64,000 nucleotides of DNA, taken from NCBI RefSeq assembly GCF_009914755.1, contig NC_060926.1; one strand, given 5' to 3'. Source of the DNA: the human T2T-CHM13v2.0 reference genome, Homo sapiens. Positions 60,916 through 64,000 of the stretch are shown in pieces (position 1 is the first letter of the stretch; each line of letters starts with the position of its first letter). The translations under genes were made by a program, and so were the position numbers. The notes under the pieces were generated by a model. It was not told the origin of the DNA and searched no databases. It saw only the letters and a list, made by a program, of their open reading frames with translations.

Positions 60916-63900
60916 CATATGGTGTGAGCTAAGGTTCCAATTTCATTCCTCTGCATGTGAATATTCAATTCTCCCAACACTATTTGTTGAAGAGACTGTC
61001 CTTCCCCATTGTGTGTTCTTGGTGCTTTTCTCAAAAATCAGTAGCTATAAATATATGGACTTATTTCTGGGTTATCTATTCTATTTCATTGTTCTATTTG
61101 TCTGTTTTTATGCCAATATCATGCTGTTTTGATTACTATAACTTTGTAGTATATTTTCAAGTCAGGTAGTATAATGCCTGCAGCTGTGTTTTTTCTCAGG
61201 ATGGCTTTGGCTATTCATGGTCTTTTCCACATGAATTTTAGGATTTTTTTTCTATTTCTATGAAGAATGTTATTGGCATTTTGATAGGGATTGAAATGAA
61301 TCTGTAGATCACTTTAGATTGTCTGGATATTTTAACCATATTAATTCTTCTCAATCATAACAGGGGATATCTTTTCAATTATTTGTATTTTTTTCAATTT
61401 CTTTCTCAATGTCTCACAGTTTTCAGTGTAGTGTTTTCACCTCCTTGGTTAAATTTATTTTTAAGTGTTTTCTTTCTTGTAGCTATTAAAAATTGGATTT
61501 TTTAAATTTATTTTTCAGATACAGTCATGCATCACTTAATGACAAAGATACATTCTAAGAAATGTGTTGTTAGGTGATTTCATTATTTTTGAATGTCATA
61601 AAGTATACTTACACAAACCTAGGTGGTATAGCTTACTGCACACCTAGGATATGTTGTATAGAATATTGCTCCTTGACTACAAAACTCTACAGCTTGTTAC
61701 TATGCTGAATATGGCAGGTAATTATAGCACAATGGTAAGTATTTGTGTATCTGAATATATCTATACATAGAAACGGTACATTACAAATACAGCATGATTA
61801 TTTTTGGGGTATATGTTGTTCATCATTTAATGAAATGCCACTATGTGGCAAATGACTGTAGTTCACAGTCAGAGTTTACAAATGATACTGATTTTTATAT
61901 GTTGATTTTTTTGTATCCTGTAACTTTACTGAATTTGCTTATTAGTTCTAACAGTATTTTAGTGGAGTCTTTAGGATTTTCTATATATAAAATCATGTTA
62001 TCTGCAAACAGGGAAATTTTAACTTCTTCCTTTCTAATTTGAGTGCTTTCTATTTCTTCCTCTTGTCTAATTGCTCTGGCTAAATTCTTCAGCAGTATAT
62101 TAGATAGAAGTAGCAATATTGGACATCTTGTATTGTTCCTGATTTTGAGGAAAAGTTTCAAATTTTCCCTGTTAAGTATGTTAGCTGTGGGATTGTGATA
62201 CATAGCTTTTATTGTGTTGAGGAACATTCCTTCTATGCCTAGTTTGAGAGTTTTTAATCATGAAAGAATGTTAAATTTTATAAAATGCTTTTTCTGTATC
62301 TATTGAAATTATCATATGGTTTTTATTCTTTATTCTGTTAATGTGATGTGTCACATTTATTGATTTGTGTATGTTATATCCTTCTGGCAGCCCTAAAATG
62401 AATCCCTATCTGTCTTGGTGAATGATCTTTTTAATGTGCTGTTGAATTTTGTTTGCTAGTATTTTGTTAATAATTTTTGCACCTATGTTTATCAGTGATA
62501 CTGGCCTGCAATTTTCTTTTTCTGTAGTGTCTTTGTCTGGCTTTGGTATCAAGGTGATGCTGCTCTTGTAAAATGAGTTTGGAAGTATTTCCTCCTGTTT
62601 AATTCTAGTCTTAGAAGTTCAAAAAAGGAAAAAAACTAAAGGAGTACAAAGCTTATTTAAGGAAATAGTAGCATAAACCTTTCTAAACCTAGTGAAAGAT
62701 GTCAATAACTAAGTAAACAAAGGTCAAGGTCTCCAATCATATTAAATTCAAATAAAACAACCCCAGGACATATTATAATCAAACTGTCAACAATCAAAGA
62801 GAGGATGCTGAAAGCAGCAAGGGAACAGAAGCAAATACCATATAAGGAAGTTCTAATACAGCTAATAGCAGACTTCTTAGCAGAAACCTTACAGGCCGGG
62901 AAAGAGAGATGATATGTACAACGGGCTGAAGGAAAAAAATTTCCAACTATGAACGTTGTATCCATCAAGGCTATTTTTGATGCTGTGTCATAAATATTAT
63001 AAGCTTTTCTTATTCCTTTTCATTATTTTATCTTTTTTTTCCTTTGACTGTATTTTCAAATAACCAGTCTTCAAATTCACAGATTGGTTCTGCTTGATTA
63101 ATTCTGCTGTTGATGCTGTCTATTTCATTTCCATTTCATTAACTGTACTTTTCAGTTCAAGGATTTCTGTTGCATATTATAATTATTGTCAAGTTTCCTT
63201 AAAACGATTATTTTGAATTATTTTTCAGAGAGTTAATATATCTCTATTTCTTTAGGGTCAATCGCTGGAAATTTTTTTGTCCTTTTGGTGATGTCACGTT
63301 TCTGTAATTGTTCTTGATCCTTGTAGCTGTGTATTGATATCTGTGCATTTGAAAAAGTAGCTATTTATTCAAATCTTTACAGTTTGGCTTTGCATTGGAA
63401 AGTCATGTGGCAGGAGCAATGATGGGGTGTGCCAGAAGCCCACGGTACTTGCAGCCAGCATGGGACTGGAGCGCTCGAGAAGCCTGGGCTCCACTATGGT
63501 CAGTTCAGTGCTAGGGAATTCCAGATGCCCAGAGTCAATGTTACCAACATGGCATTGGGGCATGCCAGAGACGTGGGGCCTACTGCAGCAGGCACAGCTC
63601 TGAGGCACACCTGAGCCTCAATAGATGCAATCAGCATGGCACTGTGGTATGCTAGAAGTCTGGAATACATGGGACAGTGTTGCTAGAAGGTCAGGGCCTG
63701 TGGCAGCTGGCTGGTACTGGGATGTGCCAGAAGCCTGAGGCTCCTGAGAGTTGCCTGCCACTGAGGACTGTCCAGAGCCCAGGATCTCTGAAGTCAGGCT
63801 GGCAGTGGTGAAAGATAGAGATTGAGTCTACCACGCAAACCTAAAACCTTGAGCTGTGTGGTACCATCTGGTACTGAGGTGGGTCTAGAGGATTAGTCTG

Positions 63901-64000
63901 TGAATTGCAGCCTGGATTCTGCAGTTGTGGGGTCTGCCTGGTGCTGAGTTTTACTGTGGTGGACTCAGTGTTGGGATCCAGCGGAAAATCCTGTGCTTAC
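60916..64000 (-). mobile_element. Rearranged old L1M: ORF2 part 60916-62605, inverted ORF1 part 62608-62968 (+), ORF1 start and 5'UTR 62970-64000
   Basis: ORF 61895-62227 [11 protein letters not shown]...[19 protein letters not shown]; the + segment encodes MLKAAREQKQIPYK...ADFLAETLQA. Confidence 0.8.
61522..61858 (+). mobile_element. Tigger3a (MER7/Golem-derived MITE) inserted in L1M
   Basis: TA|cagtcatgcatcacttaatgac ... gcaaatgactg|TA terminal inverted repeats with TA duplication. Confidence 0.9.

Overview
Human (primate) genomic DNA, AT-rich and dominated by transposable elements. There is no host protein-coding gene, rRNA, tRNA or CRISPR array. I recognise the 267-nt segment 22711-22977 from memory as an internal exon of the prostate-cancer lncRNA SChLAP1 (chr2q31.3, + strand). 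It has AG/GT splice sites and contains the published siRNA target CCAATGATGAGGAGCGGGA. A second well-formed cassette exon lies at 19403-19540, so the window is probably mostly SChLAP1 intron. The centrepiece is a full-length human-specific L1HS of the pre-Ta type (29115-35158, - strand, 18-bp TSD). It has an intact 1275-aa ORF2, an ORF1 broken by one CGA>TGA change (R130X), and an intact antisense ORF0 whose promoter points in the SChLAP1 sense direction. Beside it is a twin-primed, 5'-inverted L1PA2/3 carrying a 30-bp 3' transduction; its inverted arm forms a ~950-bp inverted repeat with the L1HS. The window also holds a complete Tigger1 with nested L1/Alu insertions, a complete THE1 (MaLR) provirus, about 12 Alus, MLT1/MLT2 LTRs, Tigger3a, MER5, MIR/L2/L1M remnants and a 3'-truncated U2 snRNA pseudogene. 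All subfamily calls and the gene identity come from recalled consensus sequences, not a database search. I do not see a wholly new biological system. The best hypotheses concern how the young L1 interacts with the host lncRNA.
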